Shown here: in pieces, positions 31,901 to 40,055 of the stretch
Numbering within the stretch: position 1 is the stretch's first letter
Layout: the number at the start of each line of letters is the position of its first letter
Source of the DNA: Patescibacteria group bacterium
GTDB taxonomy: Bacteria > Patescibacteriota > JABMPQ01 > JAHIRA01
Direction: 5' to 3'
Length of the DNA stretch: 64,000 nt
Assembly (NCBI GenBank): GCA_018818205.1
Contig: JAHISJ010000013.1
Span: forward strand, 16,661 to 80,660
Program-made: the position numbers and the translations under genes
Notes under the pieces: generated by a model
What the model saw: only the letters and a program-made list of their open reading frames with translations
Database searches by the model: none
Told to the model about the DNA's origin: nothing

Positions 31901-32725
31901 ATACTTCCGATAATTGGCAGAAAATTTTCTTCATTAAAGATAGTTGTAACCCTGTTTAATTCATATGTTGACCACTTTGTTGATGCTACCAAGTATCATG
32001 AGAATGTAAGTATGTATACCTCAGATAATCAAGCTACCATTTCTACGTTTAAGAAACTCGGGGTTTCTGAAGAAAAGTTGCAGCTTTTGCCAAACGCAAT
32101 TGATCCTTTTGAAACGTATAATCCTGCAACTATCGATAGAGAAAATGAAAGAAAAAAGATTGGAGTAAAGGAAAATGAAATAGCCGTCTTTTTTATTGGA
32201 CGCTTATCAGAAGAGAAAAATCCGGATGTATTTTTGAAGATTGCAAGGCAGGTAGTGGCAAAAAAGAAGAATGTAAAATTTTTCGTTGTGGGTGATGGTA
32301 ACATGAAGAAAGAAATCATGCGGATGATTAAGCGGATTGGTAGTGCTAACATCACCTATCTAGGATATAGAAGTGATATCCCAAATTTGCTTACCGCAGC
32401 GGATATTTTTGTTCTACCTTCTAGGATTGAAGGATTTCCCTCATCTATGCTCGAGGCTATGGCAACAGAAAACTGTGTTATTGCTTCAGACGTTGGTGCT
32501 GTAGGAGATGTGATAGAGGACGGAAAGACAGGATTTGTGGTAAATAAAAAGGATTACAGGCGTTTTGTTGAGAGAATCCTTCAACTGGTTGATTCAAGAG
32601 AGACAATTGTTAACATGGGGAGAAAGGCACGAGAGGTTGTTGTACAAAACTATACTACTGAAAAATTAGCCAACAATTATAGAAAACTATACTCAAATGA
32701 AGAAAGTTCTCGTTTTGGGGAGTAG
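28904..32725 (+). CDS. four-domain glycan synthase: FkbM-family methyltransferase + GT2 + GT2 + GT4
   Basis: VVDVGAHFGYFT...LLKVDTEGNE (FkbM); TIGITVYNRKEYLEECVES...IIVDD (GT2); VIIPCYNYGNYISEALNS...IIIDDGS (GT2); RLSEEKNP...PSRIEGFPSSMLEAMA (GT4). Confidence 0.8.
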   Translation: MRKVKTPHFDMYLLPGFESYYCDDFEPLSVSIFNSIIKNGNVVVDVGAHFGYFTLLASKKTDRVYAIEPVKKNNEVLRQNIVLNNSQAIVFDCAISDRLGKKKINVATSSDCSGFYVHPFSKPIDQELVSVKTLDDLFHNKRIDLLKVDTEGNEYKVLMGMESVLLQNSNLKLLFEFNPKCLICAGDKPSVFLETLKQHNYSIFFIDDKSQKIENYTQSPARWSEMIDEDACVNLLCVRTSDPDYNNVLCTIDTIKRKIETAKTRARSIRFTIGITVYNRKEYLEECVESALSQTYKPDEIIIVDDFSQDKGVIDILEKYRNRENIKLIYNKENLGIAGSWNTVLDNMSSEWLVMLDGDDVLEKNALEEITKYIALHNEIEFISTLHTIINSKGETLGVFDRPLGKDPKKLILEGMYLSHLKVFNKMCFEKVGSFRGKIAVDYDMVVRVLEMCKMGMLHKCLYKYRFHEDSCTKKRAKEQYEKGCKILLGTYKRQMIDENLYIDSIIERGALAHSTNLGLQSKITQNIYRIKELTSKIVQETAEKERIDVLYNKEAKSHSTDLNSLEWRLGWCICNPLKAAKKIPVFVDYVYAKRKKDIIWAKNNPIRCCKKYLKVLVSKGKTCEEDLERSIYDSLTYTEINIDKWSEDTPLISVIIPCYNYGNYISEALNSIFAQTLQDFEVIIIDDGSTDPGTEKELKTIKHPKVQVIFQENSGVSNARNKGISKAKGKYICCLDPDDILDPTYFEKCLLVLERDAQLGLAYSWVKEIGARDILWKTTDLDIDTLLSSNHVPISAIFRKEIADSVFFDPDIRHEDWDFWLSVVGKGWRGKVIPEVLMYSKRHGNNKSLQDEQFYKETLLALKEKHKNLLKKDFREKVKEEYIKKIALNPFTNLNRSVYQEKHKKRVFVVVPFLICGGAETLLYNFASKLKNEVDFTFISVIKSKNEWEDRFKGISSRVYHLPKLFESKNVCDDFLLNYIQTRNIDVLHFFHCGYFYDILPIIGRKFSSLKIVVTLFNSYVDHFVDATKYHENVSMYTSDNQATISTFKKLGVSEEKLQLLPNAIDPFETYNPATIDRENERKKIGVKENEIAVFFIGRLSEEKNPDVFLKIARQVVAKKKNVKFFVVGDGNMKKEIMRMIKRIGSANITYLGYRSDIPNLLTAADIFVLPSRIEGFPSSMLEAMATENCVIASDVGAVGDVIEDGKTGFVVNKKDYRRFVERILQLVDSRETIVNMGRKAREVVVQNYTTEKLANNYRKLYSNEESSRFGE

Positions 32726-33584
32726 AGGATTCATTGGAAGAGCGGTCACCAGTTACTTGCAAAATAAAGAAGTGTTTGTGGTAACTGCAGATAGATCTGA
32801 CACCACGTGTGATTTTACTGTAGATTTAAAGAATAAAGATGATGTTCTTGATCTTGTAAGAAAAACGTTACCAAGTTATATTATTAATTGCGCGGGAATT
32901 TTAACTGCTGAGCATTGTTTTCTAAACCCTGTTTTTAGCATGAATGTTCTTAGTGCTCTAGAGGTATTTAAGAGTCAAATAACCTGTAAACTTATCGTCT
33001 TAGGATCTGCGTCAGAGTATGGAATAGTTGGTAAGCTTCCGGTATCTGAAGATGCTCCGTTGATGCCCCAGAACGCATATGACATGAGTAAGGTTATTGA
33101 AACATTGAGTGCACTAAAATATGCAGAGCTCCATGGTCTTAATGTCGTAATTGCACGGCTTTTTAATCCAATTGGTGCTTTAATGCACGAGCGAACACTC
33201 ATTCCAAGTCTTATTAGACAGGTGAAAGAATTAGCACGTAGCAGTCAAAAAAAGCTAGAGGTCAATAGGCTTGATTCTAAAAGGGATTTTTTGGCGGTTT
33301 CTGATGTAGCAGAAGCTATTGCCACAATTGCCCTATCGGAAGAGAATAAAGAGAAGGTATATAACATTGGCTCTGGGGAAGAGGCAAGCGTGGAGCAACT
33401 GATTCAGTCGTTTCTTGAAACTGTTAATTTTTCTCGGAATATAGAAATCGTTGAGACTAGTGAACAACCCGAGCCTCAATATGCATCTAGGGCGGATATT
33501 AGTAGAATTTCAACAGAGTTTGGCTGGAAACCTAAGAATAATTTAAGGGAAGTTGTTAACGAGCTGGTTAATGAGCAAGAATGA
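32697..33584 (+). CDS. NAD(P)-dependent sugar-nucleotide 4-reductase, Rmd-like (GDP-4-keto-6-deoxy-D-mannose reductase candidate)
   Basis: VLVLGSRGFIGRAV, YDMSK, RLFNPIG...RDFLAVSDVAEAI; architecture parallels Rmd; gmd is in the same window. Confidence 0.55.
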   Translation: MKKVLVLGSRGFIGRAVTSYLQNKEVFVVTADRSDTTCDFTVDLKNKDDVLDLVRKTLPSYIINCAGILTAEHCFLNPVFSMNVLSALEVFKSQITCKLIVLGSASEYGIVGKLPVSEDAPLMPQNAYDMSKVIETLSALKYAELHGLNVVIARLFNPIGALMHERTLIPSLIRQVKELARSSQKKLEVNRLDSKRDFLAVSDVAEAIATIALSEENKEKVYNIGSGEEASVEQLIQSFLETVNFSRNIEIVETSEQPEPQYASRADISRISTEFGWKPKNNLREVVNELVNEQE

Positions 33585-34342
33585 AGAATAAAATAAAGAT
33601 AATTATTGTAGGAGCAGGGGAGGCTGGTTCTCTTATTTCAAAGAATATTTATGATGATAAAAACTCTCCTTTTGAACTTGTAGGCTTTGTTGATGATGAT
33701 TTGAAGAAGAAAGAAAAAAAGATTAATGGGAAAAAGGTTTTGGGGGAGCTTAAAAATCTGAAAGAATTAATTGATGAGTTTTCAATAAAAGAATTGCTTA
33801 TAGCTATGCCCTCCGGACGCGGTGATGTCATTCGGAAGGTTCTGGATTGCACTAAAGATAGGCGGGTTCGGTATAAAATAATTCCCAGAAGTACCAAGGT
33901 GTTGATACAGGACTTTGGCGAGAGCTATCTTAAACATATCCGAGATGTATCGGTTGAAGATTTGCTTGGAGGTGAGATTGTAAAATCTGAACTTAAGGTA
34001 ATTGGAAAATATCTCAAGAATAAATGCATATTGATAACCGGTGCGGCAGGGTCAATTGGCTCTGAGCTTGCACGGCAAGTTGCCGCTTTTAGCAATGCTA
34101 AAAAGGTTATTTTGTTTGATTGGTCAGAAAACGGTATGTTCTTGTTGCAAAATGATATTCAGGGGAGCTATCCGAACCATCCCGTTGAGTTTGTTATTGG
34201 TGATATTAAAGATAAACAAAGATTGAATTATATTTTTGACACTTTTTCTCCTGATCTTGTGTTTCATGCTGCAGTGTATAAGCACGTACCTTTAATCTCT
34301 CCAGGGGTTCTATCCCCCGCCGCTTGCGGCGTGATATACTAG
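33581..34342 (+). pseudogene. 5' fragment of a CapD/PglF/WbpM-like NDP-sugar 4,6-dehydratase, truncated at the IS200 left end
   Basis: ILITGAAGSIGSELARQV...FHAAVYKHVPL, then the reading frame runs into the IS left end and stops; about half the expected length. Confidence 0.6.
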
Positions 34343-34825
34343 AGCTATGAGCACATATGTACATAAAAGTCATAATGTAAGCGTGTTACTGTATCACCTG
34401 GTATTTCCTGCAAAGTATCGTCGTGTGGTTATCGATGCACAGGTAGATGAAATTATCAAAGAAACATGCTTGGAAATTGCACAGAGGTACGAAGTACATT
34501 TCCTTGAAATAGGTACAGACAAGAACCACATACATCTGTTGGTACAAAGTGTTCCCACATACACGGTGACCAAACTTGTTACGATGATAAAAAATATTAC
34601 AGCCAGACACGTTTTCAACCAATGTCCCGATGTGAAAAAACAACTTTGGGGTGGAGAATTCTGGTCAGACGGATACTTTGCAAGTACGGTAAGTAAACAC
34701 GGAAATGAAGATATGATATCAAATTATGTAAAAAAGCAGAGAGAAGAGTACACAAAGCTACACAATAATCATCAACTTCGGTTATTCTAGCGGATACCCC
34801 GTCCGCTTGCGGCGGGGTAGTTTAT
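34300..34825 (+). mobile_element. IS200/IS605-family insertion sequence (tnpA only) with subterminal hairpins at both ends
   Basis: Left-end hairpin ccgccgcttgcggcg (about 34317-34331). Right-end hairpin ccccgtccgcttgcggcgggg (34797-34817). Y1 transposase gene between them. Confidence 0.75.
34347..34790 (+). CDS. tnpA: IS200/IS605 family transposase TnpA (HUH Y1)
   Basis: HUH motif HIHLLV, catalytic Tyr in SDGYFASTV; 147 aa. Confidence 0.85.
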   Translation: MSTYVHKSHNVSVLLYHLVFPAKYRRVVIDAQVDEIIKETCLEIAQRYEVHFLEIGTDKNHIHLLVQSVPTYTVTKLVTMIKNITARHVFNQCPDVKKQLWGGEFWSDGYFASTVSKHGNEDMISNYVKKQREEYTKLHNNHQLRLF

Positions 34826-34882
34826 TCTACATATAGGCCAGAATTTAACTATCTGACAATATCCAAATGGAATGAACGTGAA

Positions 34883-35467
34883 TTGGAAAATCATGGCTAT
34901 AGCTCAACTATTGCTTCTCCTGGAATAAACCAGGAAGTTTATAAATGTTATGATGACGTAGGAAGAAGAGATGATTTACTTCTTTCTGTTGGCTGGTCAC
35001 ATTACTTAAAGAATTTAGATTATCTTTTAGATGGGTGGAGAGGAATGAAAACCAAGCCGAAATTAGAGCTTTTTAGAATTGAGCCTCGTCTAGGTAAGAA
35101 GAATGGTGTAAAGTATTATTACAAACCAAATGATATTCAAGTGGCACGCTTGTATAACAGGGCAACCGTTTTTGCTCAAACTTCGCTTCATGAAGGGTTT
35201 TGTTTACCGATTCTTGAGGCTATGGCATGTGGATGTCCAGTTGTTTGTACGGATGCAGATGGCAATTTGGATTTTTGTGTTGATGGTAAGAATTGTTTAA
35301 TAGTTGCAAAAGATGATGTTAATGCTTTAACTGGTGCTCTTGAATCTTTGCTTAGAGATGAAGGCTTGAGAGAGAGACTTTCTCGAGAAGGGAAGAGAAC
35401 GGCTGAGAAATATGTGTGGGATATGCAAAATACTTTACTTGAAGCGTTTATGTATGATCTCAAATAG
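34883..35467 (+). pseudogene. 3' fragment of a GT4 glycosyltransferase (C-terminal half only), fused in frame to the IS right end
   Basis: [19 protein letters not shown] (EX7E) present but the N-terminal Rossmann half is absent. The open frame extends upstream into the IS right-end hairpin. Confidence 0.6.
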
Positions 35468-35514
35468 TATTTGATTTAATTTTATTGTTACTTTATTCAA
35501 AAAAATTGCGAGTC

Positions 35515-36492
35515 ATGGAGATAGTAAAGAAAAAAACACTTATTTCAGTAGTCATTCCTGTATATGGCTGTTATTCATGCTTAGAAGAGCTTTGCAATAG
35601 GATCAATAAAGTTTTTAAGCTTAAAATGCCAGACACTGAATATGAAGTTCTGCTCGTCAATGATGCTAGCCCAGATGAATCTTGGAAAAAAATTGAGGAA
35701 TTGGCTAAAATAGATAAACGTATTATGGGGATAAGTTTATCAAGGAATTTTGGACAGCATAGAGCAATCACAGCAGGTCTTGACTTTTCAGGTGGGGATT
35801 GGGTTGTTGTGATGGATTGTGACTTACAGGACCCTCCTGAAGAGATTGCAAGACTTTACAATGAAGCTCTTATGGGCTATGACATAGTGATGGGGAGGAG
35901 AAGTGTTCGGATAGATTCGTTTTTCAAAAAGGTATCATCAAAGCTTTTTCATTTGATTCATAATTGGCTGTCTGGTACAAAAACTGATCCAGATGTTGCA
36001 AATTTTTGTATTTGCTCGAGAAAAGTGGTTAATGCTATTAAGAAAATTCGAGAGCAAAGCAGATTTTTCCCAAGTTTACTACAATGGGTTGGATTCAAGA
36101 AAACATACATAGATATAAACCATGCGAAGAGAAGAGAAGGAAAGTCGTCGTATAGTTTGAGAAAGTTGATTAGCTTAGCCATTGAAGATATTGTTGCATT
36201 TTCTAATAAGCCTCTCAAAATGGCAGTCTATTTTGGTTTCTTTGTTTCTCTTTTTTCTTTCTCTTATGCGTTTTATTTAGTCGTAAGGTATATATTTTTT
36301 AGCTTTTCTGTTGAGGGTTGGACAAGCGTTATTGTTTCGATATGGCTTGCGACTGGTTTAATCATTATGATTGCTGGTATTGTTGGAATTTATGTTAGTA
36401 GAATCTTTGATGAGGTTAAAGGGAGGCCCATTTATATAGTTAAAGATACTACTGAAAATAGAACAATAGAGCGTGATTTACTTGTTGAATAA
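35515..36492 (+). CDS. GT2 polyprenol-phosphate aminosugar/hexose transferase (ArnC/GtrB-like) with two C-terminal TM helices
   Basis: ISVVIPVYG...LLVNDASPDES...GQHRAITAGL...VVMDCDLQDPPEEI. Confidence 0.75.
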   Translation: MEIVKKKTLISVVIPVYGCYSCLEELCNRINKVFKLKMPDTEYEVLLVNDASPDESWKKIEELAKIDKRIMGISLSRNFGQHRAITAGLDFSGGDWVVVMDCDLQDPPEEIARLYNEALMGYDIVMGRRSVRIDSFFKKVSSKLFHLIHNWLSGTKTDPDVANFCICSRKVVNAIKKIREQSRFFPSLLQWVGFKKTYIDINHAKRREGKSSYSLRKLISLAIEDIVAFSNKPLKMAVYFGFFVSLFSFSYAFYLVVRYIFFSFSVEGWTSVIVSIWLATGLIIMIAGIVGIYVSRIFDEVKGRPIYIVKDTTENRTIERDLLVE

Positions 36493-36591
36493 AAGTTTAC
36501 TAATTTCTATATTATAATAAATTTGTGTATATGGTAGAGTTTATTGCATGATTATCCATTCTGTTAGTTAACAATACGATTTGTATCAGAA

Positions 36592-36963
36592 ATGAACGCT
36601 ATATTATTTATCATTCTTACAATAATTTTCACGGTTTCAAGTCAGCTTCTCTTAAAATGGAGAGTTACAGCTATAATTGAGGAACATGGGCTATTAGAAA
36701 GTAAAGTTAGTATTATCTCTAAAACATTATTGGACCCATTAGCTCTTTTAGCTTTGTTTTTTGCCTTTGTTGCATCATTGTCTTGGATATTAGCACTTTC
36801 GAAAAAAATTGAACTAAGTATTGCTTATCCTTTAACAAGCATGAGTTTTGTATTAGTCTTTATATTTTCGATAGCTGTCTTTAACGAGTCTTTTAGTATA
36901 TTTAAGGTTATTGGTCTTCTCATAATCATAACAGGGGTAGTTTTTTTAAGTTTTAGTTTATGA
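36592..36963 (+). CDS. small 4-TM DMT/SMR-like protein, ArnE/ArnF-like lipid-linked sugar flippase subunit candidate
   Basis: C-terminal IAYPLTSMSFVLVFIFSIAVFNESFSIFKVIGLLIIITGVVFL aligns with the ArnE IAYPMLSLNFVWV...GGIVIL region. Confidence 0.6.
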   Translation: MNAILFIILTIIFTVSSQLLLKWRVTAIIEEHGLLESKVSIISKTLLDPLALLALFFAFVASLSWILALSKKIELSIAYPLTSMSFVLVFIFSIAVFNESFSIFKVIGLLIIITGVVFLSFSL

Positions 36964-37415
36964 TAGTTTTCCCAAAGTGCTTAATGAAAATAGAAACTGA
37001 TAAAAAGTGTGAACACATTTTATTTCGAGATGGCGTATATTATTTTGATAAAGATAAGTCCAAAGATTATCTAGAAGCGTTTGATCCTCGTTCATTTAAG
37101 GCTCTTTGTAACGCTGAAACGACACATTTTTGGTTTCAACAGAGAAAAAAATAAGAGCGAATATTTTTGTAGAGTATATTCCTAAGGAAAGTTCTGTACT
37201 TGAAATAGGTGCAGGAACAGGTATCATTACAAAAGAAATAAGAAATCCTGGATACTATTTCAGCAGCAGATATACATGGAGAGTCGCTTAAGCTCTAAAA
37301 CAAGTTAAAATAGGAAAAATCTCTAATACAATGTTAAATATTGTTACAAAAGCAGAAGAAGGGTTGACTCGATTTAAGCTGCCATTCGGAAGTAGCATAT
37401 TAATTATTGCCCAAA
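36960..37415 (+). pseudogene. degraded class I SAM-dependent methyltransferase (frameshift in an A7 run plus internal loss)
   Basis: ...THFWFQQRKK then a frame change at agagaaaaaaataag, continuing ...EYIPKESSVLEIGAGTGIITKEI (motif I) followed by a stop. A separate C-terminal remnant ends at 37415. Confidence 0.5.
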
Positions 37416-37419
37416 AAAA

Positions 37420-38568
37420 ATGATTCCTTTCAATATTCCTACTTTTTTAGGTAAAGAAAAAAGTTATCTATTAGATGCTATTGATAAATTAAAGCTTTGT
37501 GGCGATGGTTCTTACACAAAGAAGTGTCAAGAGCTAATGGAAAAAAAATTTCATTGTAAAAAGGTTTTACTGACAACTTCTTGCTCTCATGCTTTGGATA
37601 TGTCAGCTATCCTTATTGATGTAAAGGAGGGCGATGAAGTTATAATGCCTTCGTACACCTTTGTTTCAACTGCAAATGCTTTTGTGTTAAGGGGCGCTAA
37701 AGTTGTGTTTGTTGACATTCGGCCCGATACTATGAATATTGATGAAAACCTAATAGAAGAGGCAATTACAGAAAAGACTAAGGCTATTGTAGTTGTTCAC
37801 TATGCAGGGGTAGGTTGTGAAATGGACACAATTATTGATATTGGAAAAAAATATAATTTGAAAGTGATTGAAGACGCTGCTCAAGGAGTAAATGCAAAAT
37901 ACAATGGGAAGTATTTAGGAACAATAGGAGACATTGGGTGTTATAGTTTCCACGAGACTAAGAATTATACTTGTGGAGAAGGTGGAGCTCTTTTGCTTAA
38001 TGATGAGCAAATGATTGAAAGGGCTGAGATTATTAGAGAAAAAGGTACTAATAGAGCGAAGTTTTTTAGAGGGCAGGTTGATAAATACTCATGGGTTGAT
38101 ATAGGTTCATCTTTTTTGCCTAGTGAGTTGAATGCAGCTTATCTCTTGGCACAATTGGAAGATATCGAAAAAGTAAACGAACGTCGATTATCTATTTGGA
38201 ATATGTATCGTAAGAAACTCAATTTACTTGATCAAAATATTCACATTGAATTCCCATTCATTCCTAGCTCCTGCAAGCAAAATGGACACATGTTTTATAT
38301 TAAGGTTAAAGATTTAACTGAAAGACAGAATTTAATAGATTTTTTAAAAAATAGAGACATAATGACTGTTTTTCATTATATTCCTTTACATTCTTCTAAA
38401 GCAGGGAAAAAAAATGGAAGATTTTTTGGGAAGGAAATTTATACTACTAAGGAGAGCGAGAAACTGTTGCGTTTGCCGATGTTTTATAGTCTATGCGAAG
38501 AAGATATTGATTATGTCTCAAGTGAAATAATAAATTATTATAAGCAAAATGATCTTTCAATATCTTAA
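37420..38568 (+). CDS. wecE: DegT/DnrJ/EryC1-family PLP aminotransferase, dTDP-4-keto-6-deoxyhexose 4-transaminase (WecE-like)
   Basis: MIPFNIPTF...KLCGDGSYTKKCQELMEKKF...EVIMPSYTFVSTANAFVLRGAKVVFVDIRPDTMNIDE...SFHETKNYTCGEGGALLLND closely parallels E. coli WecE. Confidence 0.75.
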   Translation: MIPFNIPTFLGKEKSYLLDAIDKLKLCGDGSYTKKCQELMEKKFHCKKVLLTTSCSHALDMSAILIDVKEGDEVIMPSYTFVSTANAFVLRGAKVVFVDIRPDTMNIDENLIEEAITEKTKAIVVVHYAGVGCEMDTIIDIGKKYNLKVIEDAAQGVNAKYNGKYLGTIGDIGCYSFHETKNYTCGEGGALLLNDEQMIERAEIIREKGTNRAKFFRGQVDKYSWVDIGSSFLPSELNAAYLLAQLEDIEKVNERRLSIWNMYRKKLNLLDQNIHIEFPFIPSSCKQNGHMFYIKVKDLTERQNLIDFLKNRDIMTVFHYIPLHSSKAGKKNGRFFGKEIYTTKESEKLLRLPMFYSLCEEDIDYVSSEIINYYKQNDLSIS

Positions 38569-40015
38569 ATTAAATAAAAGTGAATTTAAGTATTTCTTGT
38601 ATGCTTTCTTAGCCTCACTTTTGGCAAGGGGCGTAGTATTGTTTAATCTTTCTTACGCGATAGATGATTACTCATATATGTTTACCCATATTACTTTGGA
38701 TAGAAATTGTATATCTTTTGGTAGGTGGGGGCTTGGTATTGTTAATGATTTTTTCTTTTATTTAGGAATTGAGGGTCCATACGCTTTTCCTTTTGTTGCT
38801 ATATTATCTTTTCTAACTTTGGCTTATGTTAGTGTTTTAATATGTAGAATGTGGGACGTGAAGGGGTTTTGGGCTTGTATATTGGTTTCACTTTTTTTCA
38901 TTCTCCATCCATATCAGTCTGAAATTTATACCTTTAGGATAGCATCAATTTCCTTTTTCGTTGCGCTTTTGTTTGCATTTACCTCTTTTTATTTAGCGGG
39001 AGTTTTAAAAAGAAGGCTATTGTTCTTACCGATAATGCTATTTGTTTTTTCTTTGAGCGTATACCAAATAGTATTGAATTACGTTTTTGTAGTATATTTT
39101 TTCTCTTTAATAGTCTTCTTACTCTTTAAACAAAATGAGAGGAGGAATAGAGAGTCTTTATTCTCGCAATTTATTTTGCTTATAGGGGGTACTTTTGTCT
39201 ACTTCATAGTAAATAAGCTAATTTTATACTTAACTCAGATAGAAACTCCTAAGCGTGCAGAATTTGTGACTTTCGATCAAATTCCTGATCGAGTGAAAGA
39301 AATTTCCTTGTTGGTTTTTGGGATGTTTTATCAAGCTGAAAGTATTCTACCTTTTTTGACAAAAATATTATTACTTTTATTTCTTTTACTCTTTATTTTT
39401 TCTGTCTCTATTTTTTTACTAAAAAAGAAATTGTATTTAAAATTAGCACTTTTTATTTTTGTTTTCATTTTGGCTTATTTTTCAACAATAGGCGTCAATA
39501 TGATGAATGGTGTTTGGTGGCCAGCTCCTAGGGTTCTGGCTAGTGTCGGTATTTTCTGGGGAGGCATTTTGGCAATTACATATAAGCTTAAAATGAAACT
39601 AATTTTGAAGATTTCCTTGACTCTTTCAATAGTAGTTTTATTTAGTTTTGTAGGAGTCAACAATAAAGTTTTTGTTGATCAAATACGTATTAACAAGTTC
39701 GATTTTAGTTCAGCAATAAGAATTACTAGTTTACTTGAAAAACAGCCTAATTTTTCACCTTCTATGCCATTGTACATAGATGGGCGTATACAATATACTT
39801 ATTTACCAGTTACTATGATGTATGACATGAATGTATCTGCTTTATTACAGCCTTGGTCAAAAGTTTCTCTTCTTAATGAATCCGTTGGGTATAGTTTTTT
39901 ACAACCAAATCCAATGCAGGTTGATATAGGTAGAAAGGCATGTGAAGACGCTGCAAAATGGCCTAGCGAGAAATCTGTCTTTGTTGTTGAAGGGGTAGGT
40001 GTTGTTTGTCTATAA
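38549..40015 (+). CDS. polytopic membrane protein, GT-C-fold glycosyltransferase candidate (ArnT/GtrII-like role)
   Basis: About 12 TM helices; acidic first-loop motif YAIDDYSYM about 40 aa from the N-terminus. Follows the polyprenol-P GT2 / flippase-like / aminotransferase genes. Confidence 0.5.
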   Translation: MIFQYLKLNKSEFKYFLYAFLASLLARGVVLFNLSYAIDDYSYMFTHITLDRNCISFGRWGLGIVNDFFFYLGIEGPYAFPFVAILSFLTLAYVSVLICRMWDVKGFWACILVSLFFILHPYQSEIYTFRIASISFFVALLFAFTSFYLAGVLKRRLLFLPIMLFVFSLSVYQIVLNYVFVVYFFSLIVFLLFKQNERRNRESLFSQFILLIGGTFVYFIVNKLILYLTQIETPKRAEFVTFDQIPDRVKEISLLVFGMFYQAESILPFLTKILLLLFLLLFIFSVSIFLLKKKLYLKLALFIFVFILAYFSTIGVNMMNGVWWPAPRVLASVGIFWGGILAITYKLKMKLILKISLTLSIVVLFSFVGVNNKVFVDQIRINKFDFSSAIRITSLLEKQPNFSPSMPLYIDGRIQYTYLPVTMMYDMNVSALLQPWSKVSLLNESVGYSFLQPNPMQVDIGRKACEDAAKWPSEKSVFVVEGVGVVCL

Positions 40016-40055
40016 AAAAAGAACGCATAAGGCTGCGTTCATAAATAATTAAGAT

